Positions 50,828 through 64,000 of a stretch of 64,000 nt of DNA are shown piece by piece. Positions within the stretch are counted from its first letter, which is position 1. The number at the start of each line of letters is the position of its first letter. The notes under the pieces were generated by a model. The model was not told the origin of the DNA. It did no database searches and was given only the letters and a program-made list of their open reading frames with translations. A program made the translations under genes and the position numbers. The stretch is from Mobula hypostoma. Taxonomy: Eukaryota. The stretch covers positions 81,594,001 to 81,658,000 of the forward strand of contig NC_086097.1 of assembly GCF_963921235.1 (NCBI RefSeq), in the 5' to 3' direction.

Positions 50828-52640
50828 ACACAAAGATGCTAAAGGAACTCAGCAGGCCTGGCAGCATCTACGTAAAAGAGTATACAGCCGACACCTCAGA
50901 CTAAGACCCTTCCCCAGGACTGGAAAGGAAGGGGAAAAGTCAGAGTAAGACGGTGGGGGGATAGGTGAAACCAGGAGTGGGGGAGAGCGTGAAGGAAAGA
51001 GCTGGGAAGTTGATTGGTGAAAGAAATATAGGGCTGGAGAAGGGGGAATCTGACAGGAGAAGAGAGAAGGCCATGGAAGAAAGAAAAGGGGAGGAGCACC
51101 AGAGGGAGATAACGGGCCGGTAAGAACAGTCTATGTTCCAAGCCTACACTAGTATCACTCCCAACTTTTCCTATACTACATGGATGACTGCAATGGTGTG
51201 GCTTCCTGCATCCATGCAGAGCTTGTTGATATCATCAACTTTGCCTCCAACTTCTACACTGCCCTCAAATTCACCTGGTCCAAATCCACCTCCTTCCTCT
51301 TTCTCAATATCTCGGTCTCTAACTCTAAAAACATTTTATCTCCTGATTCCAATTATAAACCCACTGATTCTCACAGCTACCTGGACTATATCTCTTCCCA
51401 CCATTATCTGTAAAGATATTATCCCCTTCTCTCAATTCCTCTGTCTCCGCTGCATCTGCTCTCAGGATGAGGCTTTTCATTTCAGAACTAAGGAGGTGTC
51501 CTCTTTCTTCAAAGAAAGAAGTTTCCTTTCCTCCATCATCAACACTGCCCTCAACAACATCTCTTCCATTTCATATACGTCTGCCCTCACCCCATCTTCC
51601 TGCCACCCCACCAGAGATAGGGCTCCTCTTTCCTTACCTACCACCCCACCAAGCTCTACTTCCAGCACACAATTCTCCGAAACTTACGCCATCTCCAACG
51701 GGATCCCACCACCAAGCACATCTTTCCCTCCCCTCAACTTTCTGCTTTCCAAAGGGTTCGCTCCCTATGTGACTCCCTTGTCCATTCGTCCCTCCCCACT
51801 GCTCTCCCTCCTGGCACTTATCCTTGCAACCAAAACAAGTGATACACCTGCCTCTACACCTCCTCCCTCACTACCATTCAGGACCCTAAAAAGTTCTTCC
51901 TGGTGAGGTGACACTTTACATATGAGTCTGTTGGGATCATCTACTGTATCCAGTGCTCCCAGTGCAGCCTCCTGCACATCAGTGAGACCCAATGTAGATT
52001 GGGAGACCACTTCGCCAAGTACCTATGCTCCATCCACAAGGAAAAAAAGGGATCGCCCAGTGGCCACCCATTTTAATTCCACTTCCTATTCTGACATGTC
52101 AGTCCATGGCCTCCTCTACTGTCAGAATGAGGCCACATTCGGGTTGGAGGAGCAGCATCTGATATTCCATCTGGGTAGCCTCCAACCGGATGGCATGAAC
52201 ATCGATTTCTCGAACTGCTGGTAAAGCCCCCCGCCCACCCCTTCACCATTCTTCATTCCCATTTCCCTCTCTCACCTTATCTCCTGACCTGCCCATCACC
52301 TCTCTCAGGTGCTCCTCCCCCTTTTCTTTCTTCCATGGGCTCCTGTCCTCTCTTATCAGACTCCCCCCTTCTTCAGCCCTGTATCTCTTTCACCAATCAA
52401 CTTTCCAGCTCCTTACTTCACCCTTCCCAGTTTCACCAATCACCTTGTGTTTCTTCCTCCCGCCACCCCCCACCCCCCAACCTTCTTACTCTGATTCCTC
52501 ATCTTTTTTTCCCGGACCTGATGAAGGGTCTCGGCCCGAAATGTCAACTGTACTCTTTTCCATAGATGCTGCATGGCCTGCTGAGATCCTCCAGCATTTT
52601 GTGTGTGTTGCTTGGATTTCCAGCATCTGCAGATTTTCTC
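50828..52640 (+). mobile_element. Penelope-like element, 5'-truncated, preceded by an inverted copy of its own 3' end (about 50828-51120)
   Basis: YMDDCNG, YKPTDSHSYLDY, KDIIPFSQFLCLRCICS. GIY-YIG region IIYCIQCSQCSLLHISETQCRLGDHF and LEEQHLIFHLGSLQPDGMNIDFSN. 50828-51120 is antisense to about 52290-52605. Confidence 0.93.
52513..52550 (+). ncRNA. Minimal type-I hammerhead ribozyme motif (Penelope-associated), partly decayed
   Basis: CTGATGA (52518-52524), a, stem II gggtc-tc-ggccc, GAAA (52538-52541), tGTC, aactg. Core boxes intact; stems I and III mutated. Confidence 0.75.
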
Positions 52641-54169
52641 TTTTTGGTGATAAAGGTAGAGCTATAGCTGAATTTCTTGAATGCACATATTCAAATGTGT
52701 GCATGCACACCGCAATGAAGTGCTTAACACATGCCTAAAATACGTTAGCACAAATATGCCAATACCAGTAAAATTATTCACATAGTGCTGTTCCCAGCAC
52801 TGCAGTCCATACATCAAATCAATACCCAAATCCTGGGAAAATCCATCAGACTGATACCTTTTACTGGCACTGTGCCCACCAATTTGAAGGCTAGAATGAA
52901 GCTTGAATCATACCATCTTTTCCTCTCAAAAATCTCCCCACTTAGAAAGCTGAAGCTCCAAGTTAAAAGAAGAAATCTATCTCAGAGTGTAAGTGCATAT
53001 CTGCGAAGAATTCTTAAATTACAGCCATTGATCTTTTGAAAACAAGAAGAAAGATTCTGAAATGAAGACTGTTGAAAATCTGGAGAGTGAAGTACGTGTG
53101 GGATTTAATAAATAATTAATTTGAAAGGTTTCAAAAAAACACTAAGCTTCTGCTTTTGCCAGTAATAATACCATTAGCAGGCATTTTGACAAAATCCTAC
53201 TTCATAGTTGTTTCTGCAAGGAATAGGTTGTCAGAAACAGGCCTCTCATCAACATGCCAGTTTTGCATAAGAAATTCCAATGATCCATATGCAACACTAG
53301 ATTTGAAGTCATTTTTAACTCCATGTTCTCAGCAGTAATTCAACCAATTGAGGCCAACACAATCTCTTAATCTCAATTTCACCGCGTCTGCTCAAGTAGA
53401 GATAAGCCCTATTAGTTTGCAGTTTATAGCATAAATTGAGGCTAATCACCTCATCTTGTCCTAATACAAAACTAATCACACTGGTATACGCTTTATCCAC
53501 AGTCATGTTTCCTCCTTTGAAACGTCCACAAGTCCCTCTGTTAAATATTGCCTTTGGGAAAACATTCCATTGCAAAGAAATGTTTCCTCAGCAATCTACA
53601 CCACCGTCATGATCATTTTAATTGATGAAGCCATCAATGATTCTCCAAAGAAGAGTTACTTCCCAATTTCAAATCCTTAAAGACTTTCAAAACTCAGATA
53701 ACTAATCTTTATTCAACCTGCTCAAGTGCAATTCGTTTTGAAGCCAAAGTAACACAGATGCTGGGAATTTGAAATAAAATAGAAATGCTGTACTTACCTA
53801 GGTCAGGCAACATTTGTGAGCGAGAAATATAAACATTTTTAATGTTTCAGGTTAAAAGGCCTTCAGTCTGAAACAAGCAACAGAGCTTGCTCAATCCAAT
53901 GTCTTCACTCACTTCACAATCAAACTTGCCAACGTCATTTAAAACATGATAGCAACATTTAAGAATCATTTAGAAGACACATGAACAAAGAGAAGAATAC
54001 AGACCATGTCCAAACCAGTGAGTTTATTTAGATTGGCATCCAGAGCATTTCCTTTCCTTGGAGATAAATTGTTCTATCTCCATGTCGTTAACATCAAACC
54101 AATCCTAATGTTTTCTGGACTTGTACCCAAGGATGTTTTGGCAGTATTGAGAAGGATGGATTTAAGCAG

Positions 54170-54500
54170 ACCCAAGTGCTCTTTGAGGTCAAAAGAGTAG
54201 CTTACTCAAGAACCAAGGGAAACATCCAGTTCAGGATAAGGGAGCTAAAGAACTCTTGCTGGACTGAAAAAGTCCTAGAAATCCAGAGACTGGCACACTC
54301 AGGTGACATGACAGGCTTCTTCAGTACCACCAAAGCAATCTATGGTCCAAGTTACTGCAGATTGAACTCTGTGCTCAAAGAGCAGGAAGATATTGCTGGA
54401 AGGTCAGAAGTATATTAACAATCGATGGAGAAAGCACTTTCAAAAACTTCTTAACCGCAACAGCACTGCTAATCTAGAGGTTACTACCAAATCCACTTCA
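54170..54500 (+). mobile_element. RTE/BovB-like LINE fragment (between endonuclease and RT)
   Basis: IRELKNSCWTEKVLEIQRLAHSGDMTGFFSTTKAIYGP and INNRWRKHFQKLLNR. Confidence 0.75.
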
Positions 54501-57500
54501 AGGATACTTATTTCTACACCTCTTTACATGTGGTTACACATGCAGAAGGAGTTATGGGGAGGAGGAAGCGCTAGCTTCAAGGCAAAAAATTCAACAAGGC
54601 AGCTTTACCTCATTATTATTTAATGCAACTCTACAAAATAAGACTATTTGTCAGCACTGAAAATTACCACAATTACAAGGAAACCTATTTGCAAGCTCAC
54701 ATGAGGAAACAGTGCTCAGGTCCAGGAAATACTCTTTAGTCACAGCAGTATTACAGGTGGTGGTATTGAATAACACAAAAAGCAGAATAATATCAGCCAA
54801 CCTCCTACACAGCCCACAATGCTATTTTAATTTCTACCTTTTTCCCTCCTATCTTTGTAAAATTTATCACATACCAAACAGAAGCCATGCGGTCTTTGCC
54901 CACTTTTATAATAATGGTGTTGGCAACAAAATGCACCAGGGGAAGGGATATAGTTAGTAATTTATCCCAAATTATACTTATTAACCCTCTAATTGCTCAG
55001 TGGTTCAGATTTGTTAGTTGGAATTGCTGATGTTGCTTCAGGATAACTTCAAGTTGGCTTTATCTACAGAACAATTTCTTGTGTCATGTTGCATGTGCAA
55101 ATAAAACAGAATACCATTAATTTATTATTCTGTTTAACAAGTGAGAGTTAGAAGAGAGGGGTTGAAGACAAACTGCTCGAGACTTGAAACATAGCCTGCA
55201 CTTGCCCCATTTAATTAATTGAAATTAGTCATTTCAACCAAGTTCAGATACTGAACTTCGCTATTCAGTAACCAGAGTTATTGTTACTGAACATTCATGA
55301 ATGCTGCCAAATGCAAGTTTGCATAATTTCAGAGAGCACATTGATTTTATTAGATGGAGGGCATTCAGGCCATCAGATCCAATCCATCTCCCAAGTACAG
55401 TAATTTAATCAGTCACATTCCTCATTTGCTTGTAACCCTGCAATGAATTTTCTCTCCTGTTGGATTTTTATCTGCTTTCTGACACCACAGAGTGATTTAC
55501 AGTAGTCAACTAACGTACCAGCACATCTTAGGGACCCTTCATAAAAAAAAATCAGTAAGATCTTTGAACATACTTCTGATTGTATTAGATGAGTGGAAAT
55601 ACTTATTCATCCAAGTACAGGATTCACTGCATTTTAGCCAGCCATTTTCGCCTGGTATAGTAGGGGTTTGCTTACTGGCCTGGCAACATGACAGCATCAT
55701 GATATCAAGAAACATTCTGTCATTAAGGAAGCCAACCTTAATGCTCCTTATATATCAGCATTCAATTAAGGTGAAACAGAAGAAACAAAATCCAAACTTT
55801 GTCATCAACTTCTCAGGTGACCTCCTCTTGTTGCTACTGAACAGAACTACCATAATCCAGGATCAAATAGCCAACAAATAAGAGGTGCCTTATAAGATAA
55901 AGGTTGATCAACAAACTTCTGTGTTAAATTGAGGAAGGTTCACAGGATGGATAAATTCCATTACGTGCTATGGATTATTATACTTTTAATAGATTTACCA
56001 GCTGAACGTATTATTAAGCTATCAACAATCACTAGACCTCATAAATATGTACCAGTGAGATACTGCATGTGATGCTACAGCAGATACAAACACAAGGATG
56101 CACCACGTGCACACATGAAAACCTTCTGACCCAAACATGTGATACAAAAGTTGACATATATTGCCTGTCAGTACATCCAACTAGCAAAAAGAAATAAGGG
56201 ACAAAGGCAACTATTCTCTCACTTTCACAAAGCATTAAGCATTAATAAGTTCTGAAGCGTGCACTCAAGTGGTATACTTCCAAGATGAGAGGACAGTCAA
56301 ACAGCTTGCATTATTATCCCTGTGGGTTCTTGTTGAGTTTCCAATGTACAATGCATTATTATGGTTTACTATCCTGTGTCAACCATCTGAGAGATTTTAC
56401 CAGATGCTCAAAATTCTTTTCTTGCTACATGCAGAAGGCCATGGTGTTTAAAAACAGATCTCAGTCCCAATTACATGGTGACATTTTATACTTGGGCTTT
56501 GATCTCAACTATTCAGCAGCATCTTTCCCCATGAGTCAACGTTTTGAAGTTGAAGGAAATCACATCAAATGAAGTAAAATGGAGCAGTTTCCAAGTTCTG
56601 TGCTTTAAAACCAACACCACACGGCTTCATTTTGACAAGGTACTAAGTAGCTGCACAGGTCTGAATAGTCATTTTAAACAGTTGCATTTTGTAAACAATT
56701 TCTGACATTTTGCAAACTCTGCAGCCTTGCAATGACAAAATACATTCATTAAAACATATGGGAAAGAGGAAGCTCATAGATCTACAAAGCTTCGATAAAT
56801 TTTGTGGCTTTTGAGCATTCAGTTGGTCTTGGGGCTATAGTGTGTTCATTTCAAATCTTCTCTGAGCTTCTGTATTATAGAGTGTTTTGAAGAATCCTGA
56901 AAATCAATCGAGCCATGGAAATGCAAGGCACTTTTTAAACTACTTCAACAAGTTCCCACTTTATGGGTATCTGGACTGGTGAAGCACACTACTCATTTAT
57001 TGCTGCTGCTAGCTTTTCTTTAAATTACCACAGCTTTTAGTCAAACAGATAAGCGTGACTTAATTTAAAAGTAATGGCTGCCAGACTTAACAATTAAAGT
57101 TGACTCTGCAGGTTTTGACATAAGGTAACTGCATGTTTTTTTGCATTGGAGATGCACCTTACCACGTCAGCACCCCAGATTTAAGAGATTGGGCAAATCA
57201 TTCAGAGAAAAGGAAAACACCAGGATGAAATCATCACATATAATCATTTCAGCCACAAATTCCGGTGAACCTAGAAGATGGGGGCAACTATCTTCAGCTG
57301 TTTGTTTAACCACTTGCCATCTGGAACTACCAGTGCTTAAGAATCATTACACAGCATCTACTTCCATTCACAACCCTAATATAATTTAGCACAGTAAATT
57401 TTAGGCTTTGACTGATCAGTGATAAGTAACATGGCATACAAACGTTCAACAATTTCCCTCTCCTAGAAGGGAGCTTTTCAACATCCTCTTGGTGCTCAAT

Positions 57501-57779
57501 GGAAGAATCATCACCAAGTGACCAAGCACAAAATTCCAGGAGTAACAACAGACCAGAGGTTTAACTGGGTTAATATTGTGGCTTGGATGTATGCAGCTCC
57601 AACATCATCCAGGACACAACAACTACATCACTGGTATCCACAACTTTACAATAAGCCTTTCTACAATGCACAGCATAACTGCAATGTGAGCTATCCACAA
57701 GATGCAGCAGTTTCCAATGCTTCTTCAATAACTATGATATCCATAACGTTGTAGGATCAAGAGAGTAGACACATAGAAC

Positions 57780-58342
57780 TGTAACTCTCACTTCGGCTAG
57801 CGGCTTAATATAGGGGGTGATAGCCCCTGGCCTGACCAAACTTAAGAAATCTTATTTGAGTGGATGCTGCGCGATGTGTCCCGTTACAAATCAGTACCCT
57901 GAAATAACAAACAGTACACAATATGCGATTAAATGATTAAGCTTTATAATTCTTACTTTGACTATATGGTTAGTAAAGAAAATGAAAAAAAAAGAAAAAG
58001 GACCCAATCTTACGAAACAGTCTATTGTGCAATGTTGGAGCTCATTGATAAGTTGATCATCCACCATCGACCTCCTCCGATCGTCGCTGCCCTTCGGACC
58101 CTCGCTTCAAGTCCACCCCATCCGGTCGTCTACCAACTCTCCATTTGCGTCTTCTCTCCTCATCTCTCCCCGACCAAAGACCGCAAAAGCCTCTCTTCCG
58201 TACTCACAAGAAAGGACAACAACATTCCAAACCCCATTATCCGTAGTCATAACCCAAACATTGCTGCTACAGAGAAACCATTACATTATCAGTGAAACCT
58301 TACAGCATGTTACACAGCAGTGAAATCCTACAGCATGTTACA
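57780..58342 (-). repeat. 3' LTR of the minus-strand Gypsy element
   Basis: Termini tgtaac (57780) and gttaca (58342). Polypurine tract ggtgagtggagag on the minus strand directly adjacent (58343-58355). Confidence 0.88.
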
Positions 58343-59410
58343 CTCTCCACTCACCAAATTTAGTCACGTCCTCATGATATTGAGATAATTTGCCAACCCT
58401 TCCTGCAAAACACAAAGCCCAATCCAGGTGTAAATGGCAGTGACATAGCTCCTCAACACAGTAGGGGTCACACTCTGTTCCCCTGGTGCTACCTATCCGG
58501 TGTTCTCCTAGTTCTCTAAGACCTCCGCACCCCATCATCCAACTCTTCAGGTTCCGACACTACTGGGGATACTTTCAGTCTACCTGGCGAGACCTCCCCC
58601 GATCTATCACTCGTGCCCACCTACAACTTGGAGCCCTCTGTCCCGTGATCAAACCCCGTTTCCTCCCCTGCAGAGTTCTGCTGCAACTCAGGTTGCCCAC
58701 ATTAGAACACCCCCCCCCCACTTTACCTAGCTGGGAGAAGGGCCGGGAGTCTCTTCCTCCATCACTGGGGAGTTAGCGTACGGCAGTAAACACCACACAT
58801 CCAGGTCCTCATCCTCCGAATCAGTATCCCTCTCAGGGGTGGGGGCCGGTCTAACCACGCCTGTTGGGGGCCTGGTAGTCACCCAGCATTTCTGTAGAGT
58901 GCTCTTACTAGATGTAGGCTCCAGGTCAAGCTCTGGATCTACCTGCACCTCTTGACCCAGGGGCCACAGGAGGTTCCGATGGAGAATCTTGACAGGCCCA
59001 TTCACATCCTCTGGTTTCACCTGGAAAACTGGTAGGTTTGGTATCTGACTCTCCACTACATAGGGCATAGTCACACAAGGGTCAGCCAGCTTATGGTTTC
59101 CAGGTAGCACCAAATTCCTTATGAGGACTCAGTCTCCTGGCAGGAGTTGGGAGAACCTCCCCTTTTGATCATACCTCCTCTTATTCCCTTGATTCTGCTT
59201 GGCAGCCCAACTAATTCATAAGCCCTTTACGTCTATCTCCTCATGTCAGACACATACTTCAGATAAGTCTTCAGTGGTAAGTCACCCTCATCAATCCCAA
59301 AACAAAGGTCAATGGGCAACCTCGCCTCGTGCCCAAAGATCAGATAATATGGCGAGTACCCAGCAGCTTCATTTCGTGTACAATTATAACTATGAACCAG
59401 ATGCCCAATA

Positions 59411-60759
59411 CAGGTTTCCCCTGCTATCCGAAGGTAGAGCGTTCCTATGAAATGGTTCGTAAGCGGGAATGTCGTAAAATGAATAAGCAATTACCATTTA
59501 TTAATATGGGAAAATTTTTTTGAGTGTTCCCAGACCCAAAAAATAACCCACAACATCATGCCAAATAACACATAAAACCTAAAATAACAGTAACATATAG
59601 TAAAAGCAGGAATGGTATGATAAATACACAGCCTATATAAAGTAGAAATACTTTTCTGCAGCACCATCTAGCGCAGCGAAAATCTCGCAGAAGTGCTCTC
59701 GGCAGAAACACTATCTCCAGTATTTAAGCTATGAAGCTGCCAATCATACCAAATAACAAATAAAAATACACAGCCTATATAAAGTAGAAATAATGTATGT
59801 ACAGTGTAGTTTCACTTACCGGAATCGGGAAGACTCCAATAAATTGCAGTTTCCTCACAGTTAAACACTTGCTTATACGAATAACCAACTGACACAATTG
59901 GCAATCGCCTCTGATCTGGGCCAACATTTACATGCCAGGTGGCACCTAATTAATTAGCTCGTTCATTTCGGCACTTTTCTTAAAGATGTGCTGGGTGCGT
60001 TCTAACTACTGCTGCACCACTGCATTCTTCACAGCAATGAATCGGTCCGTGGCCCAGAGGTTGGGGACCACTGCTTAAACTAAGAAGCTGCCCTCGCCTC
60101 AGAAACCTATCAAACCACCCATGACTACCTTTAAATTCCACTTTCGCAACACTTTCATCACCATCGTCCAGAGCTTTCTGTTTCAGCTTATTAAAAAGAT
60201 TGACTGATTTCCCCTTAAGTATAAGAAAACTTAACGGAACACCATGCTTTGTACACCCATCAATCCATTCAAGCAATAGACTTTCCATTTTATCCATTAT
60301 TGGATGCTAACTAAGAGAGACCACCTTGCTACGAGCAGAACCAACAGTAACATCGGCAACTTTCAAAATTCTTTCTCTCTGCGTATAAATAGTGCGAACG
60401 GTGGACGCAGGTAAGTTCAACGCACAGACAATGTCCTTACTTCATTCACCACGATCGAAACGCTTAATTATGTCTAGTTTTACACTAAGTGTAACAACCT
60501 TACGAGCTCTCTTAGGCTTTTTTGATACCTTAGAACTCATCTTGCTAACGGATGCACAAAATAAATCGAGATAAAGCAGGTGTTTAAGCAATGCCGGCTA
60601 GAATGCAGTTCCGTGGGAGGAGCTTGGCTGTTCGGACGCGCGATGCCTTCTTTCGTAACAGTGAAAACATCTTCTGTTAGTGAAAACAGGTAACTAATGT
60701 CGGTCTTTCGTAACAGCGAGGTGTCATAAAGCGAACGTTCGGAAAACGGGGGCCACCTG
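59411..60759 (-). mobile_element. Tigger/pogo (TcMar) transposon, internally deleted, inserted in the Gypsy integrase
   Basis: Ends caggtttcccc and ggggccacctg with TA on both sides. MSSKVSKKPKRARKVVTLSVKLDIIKRF from about 60540, then CENP-B HTH MESLLLEWI...FKGSHGWFDRF. Removing it restores integrase WSQHIGHLVH. Confidence 0.95.
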
Positions 60760-63700
60760 TATGTTGACTCCACCTGCTCTTCTTGCTGATCCCCAGGGTC
60801 CCAAGCATGTCTAGCAGGGTCTGAGAAACCTCTCTGGCCAGGGTTCACCCTGTGGGTGATAGGACATGGTCCTTGACTTCTCGACTCCAAGCAAGCCTAG
60901 TAACTCACGGATGAGTCTGCTCTCAAAATCCCATCCCTGATCACTATATATTCAACTGGGAAGGCCATAATAAATGAAATGCTTCTTCCATAACACCTTT
61001 GCCTCCATAGACACCCTCTGGTCCTTGGTAGGAAAAGTCTGAGCATATCTGGTGTAGTGGTCCGTGATGACTAAGACATTAGCCGTGTTGCTGGCATCAG
61101 GTTCTATTGACAGGAAATCCATACACACCAGGTCCAGAGGCTCTGCGCTCTGCAGGTGGGACAACGGAGCTGCCCATGTAGGCAGTGTCTTCCGCCGTAT
61201 GCATCGAATGCATGACTTGCAGTATTCTTTGACCTCCGACTTCATTTGGAGCCAGGAAAACCAGTCTCTGAGCAATCCATAGGTCTTTTCCACCCCTCAA
61301 ATGTCCAGAATCATCATGAAGTGACTTCAACGCCATCCTCCGATACTTCTCGGGCAGAACCATCTGGCAACGTCGGGGTCAGTCTGGGGGTGACGTGACC
61401 TGGTATAAGATCTGGTTCTTCAACTCCAACCGAGGCCATTCTCGTAGTAATGGAGGCAATGACGCATGCTTCGTCCTCTCTGCCGGAGCCATGTCTCCCT
61501 TTTCGACCACCGCCCAAATGGTGCCAATGCCTGGATCATCTCACTCAGTAGATGCAACTTCCCCAGAACTCAATTCCGGCAGCTGATTTGTCTTCAGAGC
61601 AGCCAGGTTACAGTAAACTTGGGGGATGGCGTCATCAGAAGCTCCCAGTTGATCCACTGCTCGATCCTGCATCTCCTTTTCCTCTGCCTTCACGGTGATG
61701 GCAAACTGACACAGGGTCTTCACCCCTGAGGCAGGAGCACTCTCCCACTCCTCGGCCATGTCCAGTCCCTCATGCGCCCGTCGGGACAAAGCATCAGCAT
61801 CAATGTTCCTACTTCCCAGCCGGTACTTCAGGCTAAAATCATAGGCGGACAACGCCGCCAACCACCAATGGCCTGTGGCATCCAATTTCGCCAAGGTCAA
61901 GATATAAGTTAGGGGGTTGTTGTCCATCCTCACCTCAAACTTGGCCCCGTACAGCTTCTCCACCACCGCCCATTTCAATGTCAGAAATTCCAACTTGTGT
62001 GTGGAATTGTTTTTCTCAGAGGACAACAGACTCTGGCTGACAAACGCAATGGGCCTCAAGCTGGTGCCCTGATCCTGATACAGGACACCCCCTAAACCCT
62101 CTCGGCTGGCATCAGTGTGCAGTACATATGGCAATCGGGGGTCCGCAAAAGCCAGCACCAGTGCCTGGATCAGCAGCTCCTTCAAAGACTGAAAGGCCTC
62201 CTCATATTTTGCATCCCACCTCGGTCCAAAGGGCTCCGACAAGCTAAGGTACACTCCACCCTCCTGTCCTTTTTCTCCCCCTCCCTTTCTTCCCCAAGGG
62301 AAGGTAACCGCACAGAAGCTGATTCAAAGGGTGACTCACTTTCACGTAGCCTTTCACAAACCTCCAATAGTAACAGAACCCGAGGAATGAGTGCAGAGTG
62401 CTCATAGTCTGGGGTCTTGGCCAAGTGGTAACAGCTTCTATCTTAGCTGGATCTGTAACTACTCCATCTCATGAGACTATGTGCCCAACGTAGCTAACAG
62501 ACATTTGGCAGAACTGGCACTTGTCCAGGGTAAGTTTTAACCCTTCAGCTTTCAGGCAGCCCAGCACCTTCAGCAGCCTTGCTTCATGTGCTTCCAAGTA
62601 GATCCAAATACTATGAGGTCATCCAGATATACTAACACCTCAAGCAAATTCATATCACCCACCGTCTTCTCCATGACCCGCTGGAAGGTTGCAGGAGCTC
62701 CCAAGATGCCCTGGGACATCCTTTCGAACTGAAAAAGTCCCAGAAGACATATAAATGCTGTTTTCTCTTTGTCAGCCTCACTCATGGGGATCTGGTAATA
62801 CCCATTCCTCAAGTCCAGCACACTGAACCACTTCACACCACTCAGGCACCAGCGCATCTTCAATCCTCAGGACAGTATACTGGTCAGGAATGGTGCGCCT
62901 GTTCAGAGTCCTATAGTCCACATACATCCGTACCTTCACATTCTTCTTTTGCGCCACTACTACTGGGGACGCATAGGGGCTTCGGGACTCGGTGATGATC
63001 CCAGCTTCCTTCAACTTACACAAATGCTGCTGAACGTCCTCCACCTTTGCAAGGGCCAGTCACCGCGATCTTTCTCTGAACTGGATATCCTCAGTCACCC
63101 AGACAGTGTGACGCGTGCTCTTGGAACAACCCACATCAAACTGTTCGGTGGAAAAGACACCTTCCAGCTTCAACATCCTCTCTACCAACCTCCTCTTCCA
63201 ACCTGTAGGAACCGGGGAGTCCCCGAAGTTGAACGACTCAACGGTCAACTCTCCCCGCTTTTCCGATAGTTTCTCCACGGCGTGTTTCACAGGGGCACTA
63301 GACATTACCGTCACCGGGAACAAATGTGCCAGCGGCATCCCCCGCTTAAAGGTGACCTCCCTCTTCGTAGTGTTCCTGACAATCACTGCCATCCTGTGTT
63401 CCTGTACAACCGAGGGCTTCTGCAATTCGGGCCTCACCAGTACCCCAGCAGGAAATCCCAACTCCCCCTCGTGGTCTTCCAGAGTGTCCACTAAGAGGGC
63501 CTTGCCCTCAGGCACTCCGGGAAATTTGGGGATCTCCATCACTCTCGCTACTTCCCTGGGCCGTACTACCATTGGCTTCGACTGGATGAACCACACAGTC
63601 CCTCGTCTAAATTCGGTATCCGGCCCAATGCTGCCACGTGCTTCCTCAAAAGCAGCTCAAATCCCCGGGTGCACGGACAATGTTCCCAGAAAGCTCTCAC

Positions 63701-64000
63701 CAGCCTTCTCCTTGCAAGGCCTCCATGAGCCTCCTCACAAGAGGGGTGTTGGTCCCCACCAGAATTGAAATGCCGCCCCTCCTCAACAGGGTCCGGACAA
63801 ACCAGCACCAATGTATCAAAGACCTCAGACACACCCACATTGGTCTCCGAGAACTCCAACTTCACTGACAAATAACTGTCATATGGATAATCACTAGCAC
63901 TAAGCCCCCAGATCTCCAATGCCCTGAATGGTGTTAATGGTAAATGCTTCAAATACCGGTTGTAAAACGAACAGTATAACAACGTGACCTGCGACCCGGC

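Larger units (their letters stand above)
57780..64000 (-). mobile_element. Gypsy LTR retrotransposon (protease, RT, RNase H, integrase, 3' LTR), frameshifted, running off the window end
   Basis: [11 protein letters not shown]...[42 protein letters not shown]. RNase H: LHTDASREGLGGVL, ADALSR. IN: HDDSGH..CKSCIRC, LVCMDFL, GYSPYYLIFG, PYVV...LHRNLL. Confidence 0.96.

Noticed and set aside
51133..51906. 257-aa ORF, the longest in the window
   Set aside because: Mostly out-of-frame Penelope sequence; only the middle portion is in the RT frame.
1..64000. CRISPR array, prokaryotic operon or endogenous virus gene
   Set aside because: No regularly spaced repeat-spacer structure, no gene-dense ORFs and no env or viral capsid motifs seen; the content is vertebrate TE DNA.

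Overview
Eukaryotic, transposon-saturated DNA, most likely from a cartilaginous fish, probably a ray. The taxon call is inferred from HE1/V-SINE-like and SacSINE1-like SINEs plus chondrichthyan-type CR1, Rex1/Babar and Penelope copies. I found no convincing host exon, tRNA/rRNA gene or CRISPR array, and every recognisable ORF is a broken transposable-element ORF. The window holds four decayed hAT transposons, two nested MITE-like elements with clean target-site duplications (TSDs), a Tigger element and a near full-length CR1. It also holds Rex1, L2, Tx1 and RTE fragments, two Penelope-like elements plus many solo terminal fragments, two Gypsy LTR elements and a young 414-bp tandem duplication. 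Four observations stand out: Penelope-derived hammerhead-ribozyme motifs and fold-back hairpins; a Gypsy element with a MYND zinc finger between gag and protease; DNA transposons carrying each other's ends; and two non-coding retroposon families with Rex1-like tails. Family names come from motif recognition by eye, not database searches. Boundaries without a terminal repeat or TSD are approximate.
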